DNA of 64,000 nt from NCBI GenBank assembly GCA_049860595.1, contig CP187551.1; one strand, written 5' to 3'. Numbering within the stretch: position 1 is the first letter of the stretch; each line of letters starts with the position of its first letter. The stretch is from Methanocaldococcus sp. 16A. Its GTDB lineage: Archaea > AGJL01 > Methanococci > Methanococcales > Methanocaldococcaceae. The notes beneath the pieces are model-generated. The model was not told the DNA's origin and did not search any database. It saw only the letters and a program-made list of their open reading frames with translations. Shown here one piece after another: positions 30,760 to 42,476 of this stretch. The translations under genes were made by a program, and so were the position numbers.

Positions 30760-31517
30760 CTTTTATATTCCTCTAAATTTATACATACTTTTTTAAATCC
30801 ATAAGCTTTAAATTTTTCAATAATTTCTTCCTTTTTATTAATTATATTTTCTAATTCACCTTCAACTTCAATAACTGCTAAATCTTTATAGTTTCTAACT
30901 CTTATAGCCCCTTTCACATAATTCCTTAAAAATTCTTCTAATACTTCTATCTTTTTTAAATCATTAATTGAAATTTCTCTATTAAACTCAAATCTTGTTA
31001 ATAAACATGTTTCTTTTGGAGGGATGCATATATTTAGTTCTTTAGCTATTTCTAAAATATCTTTTTTACTAATCTTAAAATCTGCAAATGGAGATATAAT
31101 ATTAAATTCTTCTTTAGCCTTTAATCCAGGTCTATCTTCAAACAAATCGTCATAATGAGTTCCATCAACAATAACATCGTAATTATATTTTTCTTTCTCT
31201 TTAGTTAATATTTCAAAAAACATCTTTTTGCATAAATAACATCTTTCTGGAACATTTTCAATAACTTTATCAAGTTCAATAATTTTTAAATTTAGGTTAT
31301 ACTTTTTTGCATTAATAATTGCGTTATTTAAAGACCATTCTGAAATGTAAGGAGTTTTTATAAAAATACATAAAGTTTCAGTAATTTCTGATAGTAGTAT
31401 AGATAAAAGCAAACTGTCTATTCCACCAGAATAAGCAATAATAACTTTTTTATTTTCAAATTTTTCTTTAAGATTATTTTTTAATTCCTTTAATTTCTCC
31501 AAAATTATCACCAGCAA
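30753..31517 (-). CDS. LarE-like PP-loop sulfur transferase
   Basis: AYSGGIDS, RCYLCK, DGT..DD..RPG, CL.TR and RVR. Confidence 0.8.
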   Translation of the reverse strand: MLVIILEKLKELKNNLKEKFENKKVIIAYSGGIDSLLLSILLSEITETLCIFIKTPYISEWSLNNAIINAKKYNLNLKIIELDKVIENVPERCYLCKKMFFEILTKEKEKYNYDVIVDGTHYDDLFEDRPGLKAKEEFNIISPFADFKISKKDILEIAKELNICIPPKETCLLTRFEFNREISINDLKKIEVLEEFLRNYVKGAIRVRNYKDLAVIEVEGELENIINKKEEIIEKFKAYGFKKVCINLEEYKSY

Positions 31518-31593
31518 TAATTTTAAATAGACTATATTAATTTTATATTCTTTATGTTATTGGTTATTAATTTAATGTTTTAGAGGGAAAAAC

Positions 31594-32892
31594 ATGATGG
31601 AAAAACTTAAAGAAATAGAAAAAGTAACTAAAGCCATTAAAGAGAAAATATTAAACCACTATGGTTATATTAGAGTAATAACTCACCATGATACAGATGG
31701 ATTGAGTAGTGGCGGAATATTGGCTAAGATGCTGATGAGAACAAATAAATTATTTCATTTAACTGTTGTTGAACATTTATCTAAGGATGTTATTGAAAAA
31801 TTAGCTAAGGAAAATGAAGTAAATAAACCTCTCTTTATATTTGCAGATATGGGTAGTGGGCAGATAGAGGATATAATAAAACACAACTTTAATGCAATAA
31901 TCTTAGACCATCATCCACCAATTATAAAGGAGAGCTTTGTTAATGAAAATATTATTCAACTAAATCCACATATTTTTGGAGTAGATGGAGCGAGAGAAAT
32001 AACAGCAAGTGGAGTTTGTTATTTAGTGGCAAGAGAATTTGGCTATTATGATTTAAGCGTCTTGGCAATAGTTGGGATTATTGGAGATATGCAATACTCC
32101 CCCCTTTTAGGATTAAACAAGTTTATAGTAAATGAGGCGAGAGAGTATAGATATGTAAAGATAATGAGAGATATTGTCTATAATATCTACAACGTAGAGA
32201 TGCATAAGGCAATTGCATATTGCACTAAACCCTACATACCAGATTTAGCTTCTGAAGTAAAAGCATTTAAGTTTTTAAAAGACATTGGTATAGACCCAAA
32301 TAAAAAAGAGTTGGATGATTCTGATAGAAAAAAGCTTTTATCAGCAATAATTTTCAAATATCCGAAAATTGAGAACTTGATGGTTGATAGGTATCTAATT
32401 GAGCATAAGGTTAGAGATACTTTTTTATTATCAGAGATGTTAAATGCCGTTGGTAGAAATGGATTATTTGCTGTAGGTATTGGGATATGCTTAGAGGATG
32501 ATGAATGCATAAAAATAGGTAATGAAATATTATGGGAATACAAAAAGAATTTAATTAATGAGCTTAAAAATGTTAAACTAAAAAAATTAGATAATATTTG
32601 TTATTTTGAAGGTAAAAAAGGGATGATTGGAGTTATTGCCTCCATATTGGTTGATGATAAACCTGTTATTGGTTATCATATTGATGGAGATATTGCTAAA
32701 TTCTCTGCGAGAGGAAATAGAGAGCTTGTAAATAGAGGATTAAATTTAAGTGTAGCTATGGCAGTAGCAAAAGAATTTGGAGGCAATGGAGGAGGGCATG
32801 ATGTAGCCTCTGGAGCAGTAGTTCCAAAAGATAAAGTGAAAGAATTTTTAAAGAGAGTGGATGAAATTATTGGAGAGCAGTTGAAAAGGTAA
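31594..32892 (+). CDS. RecJ-like DHH/DHHA1 single-stranded DNA exonuclease
   Basis: HHDTDG, ADMGSG, LDHH, LNPH, GD.Q, FSARG and GGGHDVASG. Confidence 0.9.
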   Translation: MMEKLKEIEKVTKAIKEKILNHYGYIRVITHHDTDGLSSGGILAKMLMRTNKLFHLTVVEHLSKDVIEKLAKENEVNKPLFIFADMGSGQIEDIIKHNFNAIILDHHPPIIKESFVNENIIQLNPHIFGVDGAREITASGVCYLVAREFGYYDLSVLAIVGIIGDMQYSPLLGLNKFIVNEAREYRYVKIMRDIVYNIYNVEMHKAIAYCTKPYIPDLASEVKAFKFLKDIGIDPNKKELDDSDRKKLLSAIIFKYPKIENLMVDRYLIEHKVRDTFLLSEMLNAVGRNGLFAVGIGICLEDDECIKIGNEILWEYKKNLINELKNVKLKKLDNICYFEGKKGMIGVIASILVDDKPVIGYHIDGDIAKFSARGNRELVNRGLNLSVAMAVAKEFGGNGGGHDVASGAVVPKDKVKEFLKRVDEIIGEQLKR

Positions 32893-33151
32893 GGTGCTAA
32901 ATTTAAAATATATGTTTATATTTATATAAATTGGTATATTTACTTTAATTAAATAAAGAAATTTCCATCATTTATATACTATTTTAAGGAATTATCACCT
33001 CCTATTTAAATTATTTAAGGGAAATCATTCCGTTATCTTTATATGTTATTACTGAAAAACTACTAACGAATTCTTGAAGAGGAATAGAATAATTAATTAA
33101 AATTCATAAATTAATTTTATTTTTATCTTATTTATTTTTTTGGGTGATTAA

Positions 33152-36100
33152 ATGATAAGTGTTAAAGATTTTGAAGAAAAGGTTATGGAATTTTATGTAG
33201 TAAAAAGAGATAAAAAAAAGGAGAGATTTAATATAAATAAATTAGTTAAGTCCCTAATAAACAGTGGGGTAAATTATGGTGATTTAGATTATATACTATC
33301 TGAAGTTTGCACTAAGGTCTATAATGGGATAACAACCGACGAAATAAAAAATATTGTTTATAATGTTTTAAAGAAAATAGACAAAAATATTGCTGAGAAT
33401 TATAGAAATGGGATTATATTAAAAGTCAGAACATCAGAAAAAGAGTTTGAGCCTTTTAATAAAGAAAAAATAGTTAAAGCATTGATTAGAGAAACAGGAG
33501 CAGATGAAGAGACTGCCAAAAAGATAGCTGATGAAGTTGAAAGAGAGTTAAAAAAATTAAAAGTTAAATATTTAACTGCACCAATGATTAGAGAAATCGT
33601 CAATTACAAATTAATAGAGTATGGATTTGAAGATTTAAGGCATAAGCACACAAGGTTAGGAATGCCTGTCTATGATATAACTAAATTAATAAAATCTGGA
33701 AGTAGGGAAAATGCCAATTTAATGTATAATCCAGAATCAATTCATAAATGGGTTGCTGATGAAACAATGAAGCAGTATGCTTTATTGGCAATATTCCCAA
33801 AACATATAGCCGATGCTCATATAAAAGGTGATATCCACCTGCATGACTTGGAATATGCTGCCACAAGACCAGTTTGTTTACAACATGATTTGAGACCTTT
33901 CTTTAAATATGGTTTAAGAGTAGATGGAACTGGATTACATACAAGCGTTTCAAAGCCAGCTAAACATCCAGAGGTTGCCATTCAACATGCTGCCAAAGTT
34001 ATGATGGCGGCTCAAACAAACATGAGTGGAGGGCAGAGTATTGATGAATTTAATGTTTGGCTCGCTCCTTATGTTAGAGGGCTTAGCTATGAAAAAATAA
34101 AGCAGTTAATGCAAATGTTTATTTATGAACTAAATCAAATGTATGTGGCAAGAGGAGGACAATCTCTTGCTAAAGATGAATTAATTTTCATAAAAGAAGG
34201 GGATAAATTAAAGGTTTGTAAAATAGGAGAAATAATTGATGAATTTATAGAAAAACACAAAGATAAAATAATAATGAATGGAGATACAGAAATCCTTTAT
34301 TTAGAAGGAATTGCTGACATTTATACAATATCTGTGAATATAAAAACAGGAAAGGCAGAATTTAAAAAAGTTTATGCTCTATCGAGACACAAACCAAGAG
34401 GGAAACTATATAAAGTTATTGGTAAAGATGGAACTTCAATAACAGTAACTGAAGACCATTCTCTATTTAACTATGATGAAAATGGAAACTTAATCTGTGT
34501 TAAGCCATTGGAAATGAGACATATTATTAGAAATTTCGATAATCCATATAATACAGAATATAAAATTGGGGATTATATAGAAACTAACTATAAAAGAACT
34601 GATTCAAAATACAATAGCAGACAGAATGATATTCCAGAAAAATTAAAAATAACAAAAGAATTATGTCAATTCTTAGGTTTATTTGTTGCTGAGGGTAGCT
34701 ATATAACAAATGGAATTTTAATAGCTACAAAAAATAAGGAAATAAGTGAATTTGTTGAGAAATTTATAAAAGATCAGATAAATGAAAATATTTCAATTAT
34801 AAAATATGACGACTCAGTAAGATTTGTAAATAAAGGATTTTATGAGTTTTTAAAGAAACATATAAATGGTGGGGCAATAAACAAAAACATTCCAGAGTTT
34901 ATATTAAAAGGAGACAAATGTATGAAATTAGCATTCTTAGGAGGTTTGATTAGTGGAGATGGATATGTTAGTAAAGATGGGAGGGTGAAAATATATACAA
35001 CATCTGAACAACTATTGGGGCAATTACATTTATTGTTGTCCAGTTTAGGAATGTTATATACAATATCCAAAATTAAAGGTGAAGGAGAGAAAATTAATAT
35101 CAATGGATATAATACTCAAAGAAATTATAAACTTTATGAAATTGAAATTGCTAAAAGATATACAAGTGTTTTGAGAGAATATATAATTCCAGAATATAAA
35201 AAAGAATGTCTAAAGCAGTGTAGTTATGACCAGTTGCCATATGATTATAATATAATAAAAGAGCATCTAAGAAAAATAACAAACAAAAAACCATACAATG
35301 ATTATGCATGGAAATCAAATAATAGAAAATTAAAATTAAACACATTAGAAAAAATTGAACAACTAAATCCACATTTAAAAGAAATTATTGAGAAATTTAA
35401 ACTAAATATTCCATTTGAAATAAAAGAAATTAAAGAGATTGACTATAATGGCTATGTATATGATTTAAGTGTTGAAGAAAATGAGAACTTCATAACCTTT
35501 ACTGGGATATTATGCCACAATACAATATTTAGCTCTATTAACTTAGAATTAGAAATTCCTAAATATTTAAAGGATAAACCAGCTGTAATAGCTGGAACTA
35601 CAAAAGGAACTTACGGAGATTATGAAGATGAGGCTAAGTTAATTTTAGAGGCATTAGTTGATGTAATGATGGAAGGAGACGCAATGGGAAAACCTTTCTT
35701 ATTCCCGAACTTTATAATTAAATTGAGAGAAAATGCCTTTAAAGATGAGAATAGAGAACTTATGTATAAAATCCATCAATTATCTGCTAAATTTGGAATT
35801 CCTTACTTTATAAATATGCTCCCAGACTGGCAGGAAATAAATACCAATGCAATGGGTTGTAGAACAAGATTAAGTGGAAATTGGACAGGAGATGCTGAGA
35901 TAGACACATTAAGAACAGGAAATATGCAATGGTACTCTCTAAATTTACCAAGAATTGCTTATGAAGCTAATGGAGATGATGGTAGATTATTTGAAATTTT
36001 GAATGAAAAATTAGAGCTATTAAAAGAAGCTTTATTAATAAAACATGAAGTAACAAAGGAAAGGTTATATGTTGATAACTTAATGCCATTCTTAACTCAA

Positions 36101-36805
36101 GAGTTTGATGGAGAGCCATACTATAGATATGAGAACACAACAAAGACATTTGGATTTGTTGGATTGAATGAGATGCTTAAATATCATTTGGGAGAAGAAT
36201 TACATGAGTCAAAAGATGCTGTTAAGTTTGGTGAAAAAGTTATTGAATATATTAGAGAATATGCCGATAAATTGAAGGAAGAAACGGGAATGAGATGGAC
36301 GGTAACTCAAACTCCGGCTGAATCAACTGCTGGAAGATTTGCAAGATTGGATTATAAATATTATAAAGAAGAAACAATAAGTGTTGTTAGGGGAGATTTA
36401 AAAGACCCAGAAACATTATACTACACAAACTCATCCCACGTTAGAGTAGATGCACCAATAACTTTGGGAGAGAAGGTTAAAATTGAAGCTAAATTCCATC
36501 CTTTGTGTAATGGAGGACACATAATGCATGTTTGGAATATTGAATCTGCAGCTGATCCAGAGGTTTTAATGGACATAACAAAAAAGATAACAAAAACAGA
36601 TATTGGCTTTTGGACATATACAAAAAATCTAAGTGTTTGTAATAAATGTGGAGTAAGTGCTGGAGGCTTATTAGATAAATGTATAAATTGTGGCTCTGAG
36701 GATATTGCTAAATTTAGTAGGATAACAGGATATTTACAAAATATTTCAAACTGGAATAGAGCAAAACAAAAAGAGTTAGAAGATAGAAGGTTGCCAAAGA
36801 TTTAA
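33152..36805 (+). CDS. nrdD: Anaerobic (class III) ribonucleoside-triphosphate reductase with two ATP-cones and one intein
   Basis: Two ATP-cone repeats, [40 protein letters not shown] Zn site and SRITGY glycyl-radical loop. Confidence 0.95.
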   Translation: MISVKDFEEKVMEFYVVKRDKKKERFNINKLVKSLINSGVNYGDLDYILSEVCTKVYNGITTDEIKNIVYNVLKKIDKNIAENYRNGIILKVRTSEKEFEPFNKEKIVKALIRETGADEETAKKIADEVERELKKLKVKYLTAPMIREIVNYKLIEYGFEDLRHKHTRLGMPVYDITKLIKSGSRENANLMYNPESIHKWVADETMKQYALLAIFPKHIADAHIKGDIHLHDLEYAATRPVCLQHDLRPFFKYGLRVDGTGLHTSVSKPAKHPEVAIQHAAKVMMAAQTNMSGGQSIDEFNVWLAPYVRGLSYEKIKQLMQMFIYELNQMYVARGGQSLAKDELIFIKEGDKLKVCKIGEIIDEFIEKHKDKIIMNGDTEILYLEGIADIYTISVNIKTGKAEFKKVYALSRHKPRGKLYKVIGKDGTSITVTEDHSLFNYDENGNLICVKPLEMRHIIRNFDNPYNTEYKIGDYIETNYKRTDSKYNSRQNDIPEKLKITKELCQFLGLFVAEGSYITNGILIATKNKEISEFVEKFIKDQINENISIIKYDDSVRFVNKGFYEFLKKHINGGAINKNIPEFILKGDKCMKLAFLGGLISGDGYVSKDGRVKIYTTSEQLLGQLHLLLSSLGMLYTISKIKGEGEKININGYNTQRNYKLYEIEIAKRYTSVLREYIIPEYKKECLKQCSYDQLPYDYNIIKEHLRKITNKKPYNDYAWKSNNRKLKLNTLEKIEQLNPHLKEIIEKFKLNIPFEIKEIKEIDYNGYVYDLSVEENENFITFTGILCHNTIFSSINLELEIPKYLKDKPAVIAGTTKGTYGDYEDEAKLILEALVDVMMEGDAMGKPFLFPNFIIKLRENAFKDENRELMYKIHQLSAKFGIPYFINMLPDWQEINTNAMGCRTRLSGNWTGDAEIDTLRTGNMQWYSLNLPRIAYEANGDDGRLFEILNEKLELLKEALLIKHEVTKERLYVDNLMPFLTQEFDGEPYYRYENTTKTFGFVGLNEMLKYHLGEELHESKDAVKFGEKVIEYIREYADKLKEETGMRWTVTQTPAESTAGRFARLDYKYYKEETISVVRGDLKDPETLYYTNSSHVRVDAPITLGEKVKIEAKFHPLCNGGHIMHVWNIESAADPEVLMDITKKITKTDIGFWTYTKNLSVCNKCGVSAGGLLDKCINCGSEDIAKFSRITGYLQNISNWNRAKQKELEDRRLPKI
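34163..35521 (+). mobile_element. Intein (453 aa) with LAGLIDADG homing endonuclease in NrdD
   Basis: GGQ|SLAKDE N-junction, VTEDHSL block [11 protein letters not shown] and [19 protein letters not shown] blocks, VYDLSVE..NF..GILCHN|T C-junction. Confidence 0.93.
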
Positions 36806-36822
36806 ACAACTATTTTTTATTT

Positions 36823-37242
36823 TTATTGAATATTAACTGTTACTTCATCTACATTAGTTTTTGTTATATTAACTGTGATTATTCTACTTGTAGAGATGTC
36901 TGTATCTCCTGTTAAAGTTACATCTACACTACAATTTGTTGTTATTGTGTAACTAAATGATGGATTTTTAAATTGTAATTGATTATTAACAACATTCCAC
37001 TCTCCTGGAGGGCATTTTATATAAACAATTTTTGTAGTACCTTCATCTGCAGCTGCTACTAATTCTATATTCTGCTTCATTTTAGAAACAGCTGCATGTG
37101 CTAAACTCATAGAAGATACAGTGGCAGTTTTTTTTAGTCCAAACATTCCTGGCCAACCTACGGCAATAATAATTACAAGTAAAGAAACTAAAAGTAATAT
37201 AGAAAATTCTAAGGATAATTGAGCTCTTTTATTAAATAACAT
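36823..37242 (-). CDS. Type IV pilin-like protein (class III signal peptide)
   Basis: KRA|QLSLEFSILLL signal with +1 Q and +5 E; EppA-substrate type. Confidence 0.85.
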   Translation of the reverse strand: MLFNKRAQLSLEFSILLLVSLLVIIIAVGWPGMFGLKKTATVSSMSLAHAAVSKMKQNIELVAAADEGTTKIVYIKCPPGEWNVVNNQLQFKNPSFSYTITTNCSVDVTLTGDTDISTSRIITVNITKTNVDEVTVNIQ

Positions 37243-37263
37243 ACTAATCCCTTAAAAATATTT

Positions 37264-38415
37264 TTATTTATTCCAATAAATAACATAGGCAAATTCTATA
37301 GGTTCATCTGAACTTGTTGTATATTCTATAGCAGGAACATCAAACTTTGTAAATAATGATTTTGTATCTTCAACGTCCCAACCAAATTTAGGAATTAATG
37401 GGTCATCAGAAGATAACGCCCCTGAAATATATGAAGTATCTTCCGCTTCAACATAGTATTCATTTTCGTTAGAATTTGATAACTTTTCAAGATTATTTAC
37501 CCATTTTTCATAAGAGTCTATCCATATATCCGCATTATATTCGTCATAGTTTATTTTTGAAAAGCTATTGTAATTTTCAATAATTAAAGGAGCAGGAATT
37601 ACTATAGATATAGTATCTGTATTACCTTTTTCAATTTTTCCTCTAACATACAATTTAAGATAATTAATGTTGATACCATTTTCAATAGCACAACTAAATA
37701 TCTTTTTTGGATCTAATACTCTTATCTCATTTACTACTGCTGGACCGTATATCTCAAAATTTTTATTGTCATAGGAATTTCCGATATATGTTTTAAGACT
37801 ACCAACAATTTTTACTTTAACTGTTGTATATGGTGGTAACCAAAAACCTTTAACACCATTTAATGTAGCATTACTATTAGGAAATTTTACATTCCAATTG
37901 CCTATATCCTCATAAAGTTTATATGTGAAATTACCTTCCCCGGTGATGTTTGGGGATAATGTAATATTAACAGAAGGATATTTGTATGTAACTCTTGTTG
38001 CAGATGGAGGTATATCTAAAGGTAATTTATAGCTAATTTTATCTAACGTTTGAGGATTAGTAATTATCCATAACTCACAAGGATATACGTCATAATTTAC
38101 CCACATATAATACTCATAATTGTATAATCTTATTTTTTGATCAATTTCATCTTCTCGTCCAAGGCATATTTTATAAACATCATAATTTGTATCAGAAGAA
38201 GGTAGAGTAACAAAAACTGAATATGGATAATCATTGGTTAGCTCTCCCTCTAATGTGAAGTCATATTGGAGATATGCGAAACCTTCAATATCTTTTGGTT
38301 GTATGTCATAAACATATTCATCTGGAATGTAATTAATTATTGAATAACCTACATTAAAAATCATCAATAAAAAAAATATACATATTAGAGATTTAAGAGT
38401 TCTCATCATCTCCAC
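37264..38415 (-). CDS. Exported hypothetical protein of the pilus locus
   Basis: N-terminal signal/TM; N.YPY.VFV and GFW.PPYT motifs; beta-rich; lies within the pilus operon. Confidence 0.6.
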   Translation of the reverse strand: MEMMRTLKSLICIFFLLMIFNVGYSIINYIPDEYVYDIQPKDIEGFAYLQYDFTLEGELTNDYPYSVFVTLPSSDTNYDVYKICLGREDEIDQKIRLYNYEYYMWVNYDVYPCELWIITNPQTLDKISYKLPLDIPPSATRVTYKYPSVNITLSPNITGEGNFTYKLYEDIGNWNVKFPNSNATLNGVKGFWLPPYTTVKVKIVGSLKTYIGNSYDNKNFEIYGPAVVNEIRVLDPKKIFSCAIENGININYLKLYVRGKIEKGNTDTISIVIPAPLIIENYNSFSKINYDEYNADIWIDSYEKWVNNLEKLSNSNENEYYVEAEDTSYISGALSSDDPLIPKFGWDVEDTKSLFTKFDVPAIEYTTSSDEPIEFAYVIYWNK

Positions 38416-39580
38416 CCATAATTACAGAAATATATAAATTTTCAGGTTTTTGTTTTGCTAAGTCATTTACAGTATCTTGTGGAACATAAAGTACCAATAA
38501 ATATTTTACATTATCTATATCAAGTATTTGGGTTTTTTGTTCTAATTCATTTAATCTATAACCATAGTTTTCAAACATCTGTACTATTTTATTATAATCT
38601 AATCTACCTATTACAGTAGCGTGTAATATTCCAGGTATATCATTTATACTATATTGTATATTAGAATTTGCAGATTTTTTTATACTAGTATCATATCTTG
38701 ATACACTACTATCTACACTTTTACTTTCAGAATATTGTACGTTTTTTACAAGTACATACGCTCTATCTACTAATGTAGATGTGATTAATGTCCCATTATT
38801 GTTATATATATTTAGAATTTCACCTTTTTTAGGTAAGTCAGGTAATTGATTTGGAGATACTACTAACGAAACTTTACTTAATTTTGAAGGAATTACTAAA
38901 TTATTTTTTATATTTTCTAACTCATTAATATCAGCTGTTTTAAGAATATTTAGTATCTGTTTTTTTGTAATAAAATGTTTTTCAGATTTTAAATAAAAAA
39001 TATTTCCAGTCTCTATAATGTCATATATGTCTTGTAATAGTTTTTTTCTATATTGTGATTTCAGAGATTCTAAATCAGAATCACGAACTTGCATATATTT
39101 TTCATAAATTTTATCTACATCTTCAAGACTATCAGCAGATTGTATTTTAAAAACAGTTTCTTGAGCTAAAGTACTCATGTTATAGTATTCTCCATAATAA
39201 TTTTTAATATAATTTATGATACTTTCTTTATATTCTTTAAGTTTTATGTATCTATTTGCTTCTTCAACAGTTTTACTTATTTCTTCTTCATTTTTTGCTG
39301 CATATATTTTTGCTATAAATGTATTTTTCATAGGGTCTGATGGATATTTAGAAAACATTATATTTATTTGATTTATAGCATTACTTTTTGTTTTTTCAAA
39401 ATTTTGCATAGCCAATATTTTCTCTTGTTTAAAAGTTTCAATGATTGATGGAACAGTTAATATCAAAAGTGCTACAACAGAAATAACAATTATTATAATA
39501 ACAATTGGCATCAAATTAGATTTTGGCTTTCTACCTTTACTTTTTTCTTTTAAAGTTCTTATTTTTGATATATCTACCAT
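38393..39580 (-). CDS. DUF515-like pilus-locus protein
   Basis: Basic N-terminus, one TM, helical coiled region; pilus operon context. Confidence 0.6.
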   Translation of the reverse strand: MVDISKIRTLKEKSKGRKPKSNLMPIVIIIIVISVVALLILTVPSIIETFKQEKILAMQNFEKTKSNAINQINIMFSKYPSDPMKNTFIAKIYAAKNEEEISKTVEEANRYIKLKEYKESIINYIKNYYGEYYNMSTLAQETVFKIQSADSLEDVDKIYEKYMQVRDSDLESLKSQYRKKLLQDIYDIIETGNIFYLKSEKHFITKKQILNILKTADINELENIKNNLVIPSKLSKVSLVVSPNQLPDLPKKGEILNIYNNNGTLITSTLVDRAYVLVKNVQYSESKSVDSSVSRYDTSIKKSANSNIQYSINDIPGILHATVIGRLDYNKIVQMFENYGYRLNELEQKTQILDIDNVKYLLVLYVPQDTVNDLAKQKPENLYISVIMGGDDENS

Positions 39581-39622
39581 ATAACCACCTTAGTATTGAA
39601 TTATAAATCATAGACACTCAAT

Positions 39623-40024
39623 CTATATTTGGGTTGGGTTTATTGTTATATTATATACACTTTGATTTATCTTTGTAGTGTTGTAAATATAGCTTTTAAT
39701 AAAATTTTTTATTTCATTTGTTACATAATCTTTTGGACTTATGTAGATATATATACTCTTTTTATCATCTGACCATGAAATTCCTCCATAGATTAATGTA
39801 GTATTAGGATGGATTCCGTTATATCCTGAATTTATTAACAAAACTGATGTTTTTGCAGCACTATCCACTGAATCTATAACCCAATCATCCTTCGAGAAGT
39901 TTTGTAATAAAAAATGACTTATAGTTATGAGGGATATTAATAATATAGCAAGAAACAAAATTGAGAATTCAAAGGATATTTGAGCTTTTTTTGATTTTAT
40001 TAACCTACTTATCATAATGCCCAC
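39623..40024 (-). CDS. Type IV pilin-like protein (class III signal peptide)
   Basis: KKA|QISFEFSILF signal; directly downstream of the prepilin peptidase. Confidence 0.85.
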   Translation of the reverse strand: MGIMISRLIKSKKAQISFEFSILFLAILLISLITISHFLLQNFSKDDWVIDSVDSAAKTSVLLINSGYNGIHPNTTLIYGGISWSDDKKSIYIYISPKDYVTNEIKNFIKSYIYNTTKINQSVYNITINPTQI

Positions 40025-40040
40025 ACATTATATTATTTTT

Positions 40041-40138
40041 AAATAGGACTTTTGCAGAAATAAATATCAAAAGATATTTTGAAGCCTTCTGGCATCATTA
40101 TTTCATTATTAAATATATAAAATGCGAAAATCCTATTT
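40041..40138. repeat. Palindromic MITE-like repeat, family A
   Basis: AAATAGGACTTTTGCA ... TGAAGCCTTCTGGCATCA ... TGCGAAAATCCTATTT. Confidence 0.85.
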
Positions 40139-41146
40139 GAAATTTATTAACGTAAGTGTAACTATGTAACCTATAACAACAAATGGAACAAATGGATAAG
40201 TTTTTATAATGTTCAGTTTCTCTGGAACTTTTCCTTCTCTATATAGTTTCTTTATTTTTTGGATATCTTCATTGGACAACCCTTCCCCATCAGTTATTAT
40301 TACCTCTTTTTTATGTTCTTTAATCTCTTGTTCTAACAGGAATTTTATTCTTTTTATTATATTTAAGTTTCTCACTTCAACTTTATCGTTATCTATAATT
40401 ATCACATCTCTTAAAATGTCTCCTTCCTTTAACTCTTCAACATGCTTTTTATCTGAAATTTCTACACCTGTAAGGGCATAAATAACGATAGATATTAGTA
40501 TTATTTCACAAAGATATATTATTGATGAGACTAACACGTTATATTTAATAAAGTAGGTCGTATCAATCATATAAAGGAGTAGTAGGTATATTGGAAACAA
40601 ATAACCCAATTTTTTCGTATATTCATTATATTTAGGAATTTTTCGTGAGATAAATATGGAATAAATAATATAAGCCCATATTATTATTGATGCGTATGGA
40701 ATTTTATAGATATTTATAAAGTAATATAATATCCCAATAATCATAGTTAGATAACAAGCTGAAGGTAAAATATCTTTCCAATATCTTGTTAAAATTTTAA
40801 ACATTGGAAAAACTGCAGCAATAAACATGCTAAATGCTATTAGGTAAAGGATATATTTTGGGATATAAAATACAAAAGAATTAGGATATGCAAAAATAGG
40901 GGCTAAAGCTGTAAATAGCTTAACATCTCCACCTCCCATTCCAACACTAAGTATTAAACATAACATTAACGTAGAGAAAAACGCGATAATTGCGTCAAAT
41001 CCAAAATAATAATACCCAACAACCAAATTTATTATAATCATGGCGATTATATACTTGTGAGGGATAATTCTTTCTTTAATATCAGTGATTGACGCTAAAA
41101 TAAGTAAAATAAAATTAATAATGTAAACTATATCCAATACATCCAC
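40133..41146 (-). CDS. eppA: A24 prepilin peptidase (EppA type)
   Basis: ASITDIKERIIP, MGGGDVKLF, extra TM helices and LKEGDIL..YPFVP; heads the pilin operon. Confidence 0.85.
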   Translation of the reverse strand: MDVLDIVYIINFILLILASITDIKERIIPHKYIIAMIIINLVVGYYYFGFDAIIAFFSTLMLCLILSVGMGGGDVKLFTALAPIFAYPNSFVFYIPKYILYLIAFSMFIAAVFPMFKILTRYWKDILPSACYLTMIIGILYYFINIYKIPYASIIIWAYIIYSIFISRKIPKYNEYTKKLGYLFPIYLLLLYMIDTTYFIKYNVLVSSIIYLCEIILISIVIYALTGVEISDKKHVEELKEGDILRDVIIIDNDKVEVRNLNIIKRIKFLLEQEIKEHKKEVIITDGEGLSNEDIQKIKKLYREGKVPEKLNIIKTYPFVPFVVIGYIVTLTLINFK

Positions 41147-41150
41147 AATT

Positions 41151-41513
41151 TCACCTATTCGGATATTTAGATTTAACTTTCTCTTTTATTTTTAACATCA
41201 ACTCATGGTTATCTAAGATTTTTAGAGCTTCATCTATGCTTTTATCTTTCGTTAAATTTAAAATTTCTTTTAGTATTTCAGTAGCAACATCTACTCTATG
41301 TACCCAAGAACACTTCATACAACTCCAAATTTTTGTTCCATCTTTTCTTTCAATATACTCTCCTAATTCTTCATCTTCACATGGATAAAAAGGACAGTAA
41401 CACCACAAACAAACCTGTCCATCAAAGTGGCAAGGATAGTATTCACAATTTCTGTTAGCTCCACAAACTTCTAAAACCTTCTTTAGATGATTTTTAGCAA
41501 GTTCAATCATCAC
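41151..41513 (-). CDS. Cysteine-rich small domain protein
   Basis: CEYYPCH..Q.CLWCYCPFYPC..WSC..C..VH. Confidence 0.8.
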   Translation of the reverse strand: MMIELAKNHLKKVLEVCGANRNCEYYPCHFDGQVCLWCYCPFYPCEDEELGEYIERKDGTKIWSCMKCSWVHRVDVATEILKEILNLTKDKSIDEALKILDNHELMLKIKEKVKSKYPNR

Positions 41514-41585
41514 ACAACACCTTTAAATAGCTTAAATATTATTCTATACTTTTATATGTATTTAAAAGTTTATGTGGTGATTTTA

Positions 41586-42326
41586 ATGGAGAGATTAATA
41601 AAACTTGCAGAGCTAATAAAGGATGAAGAGCTAAGAAATAAGGTTATTGAATTTTTGAAAAATCCTAAGGCAACACACTCAGGTATTGTGGATACAGGGA
41701 TTAGTGTTGAAGAAGCTCCCGCAAGTATAAATTGGCATCATAGATATGAGGGGGGCTTGATAGAGCATACAGTATCAGTAACAAAGATGGCTTTAAAGAT
41801 GGCTGATGTTTTAGAAGAGGTTTATGGTGTTAAGGTTAATAGGGATTACATAATTGCTGGAGCTCTATTGCATGATATAATGAAACCATATAACTATATA
41901 AGAAAAGAAGATGGCACTTTTGACCACTATGATATGTTCAATTTAGACCATCTAACATTAGCTGTTGCTGAACTCTACAAAAGAGATTTTCCAATTGAAG
42001 TTATTAAAATAGTAGCTTCTCACCATGGAGAACATTCTCCAACAAGACCAGGCTCTATAGAGGCATATATAGTACATTATGCTGATGAGGCTGATTCAAA
42101 GATTAACGATGTTGCTGTAAGAGTTTGTCAGGCAAGAAGTAGAGATTTGGGAGTTTCTGAACATGATATATATAGAGCAATTAATCCTTTGAAGGTTTAT
42201 GAAGTTAGAAGTAGGGAAGGAAAGATAGGAACTATAGAATTTTTAAAAGATATTTTGAAATCAATTGGAATAATTAAAGAAAATGAAGAAAATGAAAAAG
42301 AAGAATCTTCTAATGATACAAAATAA
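41586..42326 (+). CDS. mptB: HD-domain phosphodiesterase, probable dihydroneopterin 2',3'-cyclic phosphate phosphodiesterase
   Basis: APAS..HH.YEGGLIEHT, ALLHDIMK, SHHG and HYAD..D; synteny with recalled MJ0837. Confidence 0.75.
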   Translation: MERLIKLAELIKDEELRNKVIEFLKNPKATHSGIVDTGISVEEAPASINWHHRYEGGLIEHTVSVTKMALKMADVLEEVYGVKVNRDYIIAGALLHDIMKPYNYIRKEDGTFDHYDMFNLDHLTLAVAELYKRDFPIEVIKIVASHHGEHSPTRPGSIEAYIVHYADEADSKINDVAVRVCQARSRDLGVSEHDIYRAINPLKVYEVRSREGKIGTIEFLKDILKSIGIIKENEENEKEESSNDTK

Positions 42327-42371
42327 TTCTATATATTTAAATGTTTAAATATAATTATCTAAAATAAAAAA

Positions 42372-42448
42372 TGGAGCCTCGGGCGGGGTTTGAACCCGCG
42401 ACCTCCTGCTTACCAAGCAGGCGCTCCGCCAGGCTGAGCTACCGAGGC
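42372..42448 (-). tRNA. tRNA-Thr(GGT)
   Basis: Reverse complement folds as GCCTCGG..CCTGC-TTGGTAA-GCAGG..GGTTCAAA..CCGAGGC-T-CCA; CCA is encoded. Confidence 0.96.
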
Positions 42449-42476
42449 ACCTTAGCATAGTTAAATTACTACCTCT

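Noticed and set aside
32893-33151. Possible riboswitch or ncRNA upstream of nrdD
   Set aside because: AT-rich with no stable stem; structured RNAs in this organism stand out as GC-rich, and this region does not.
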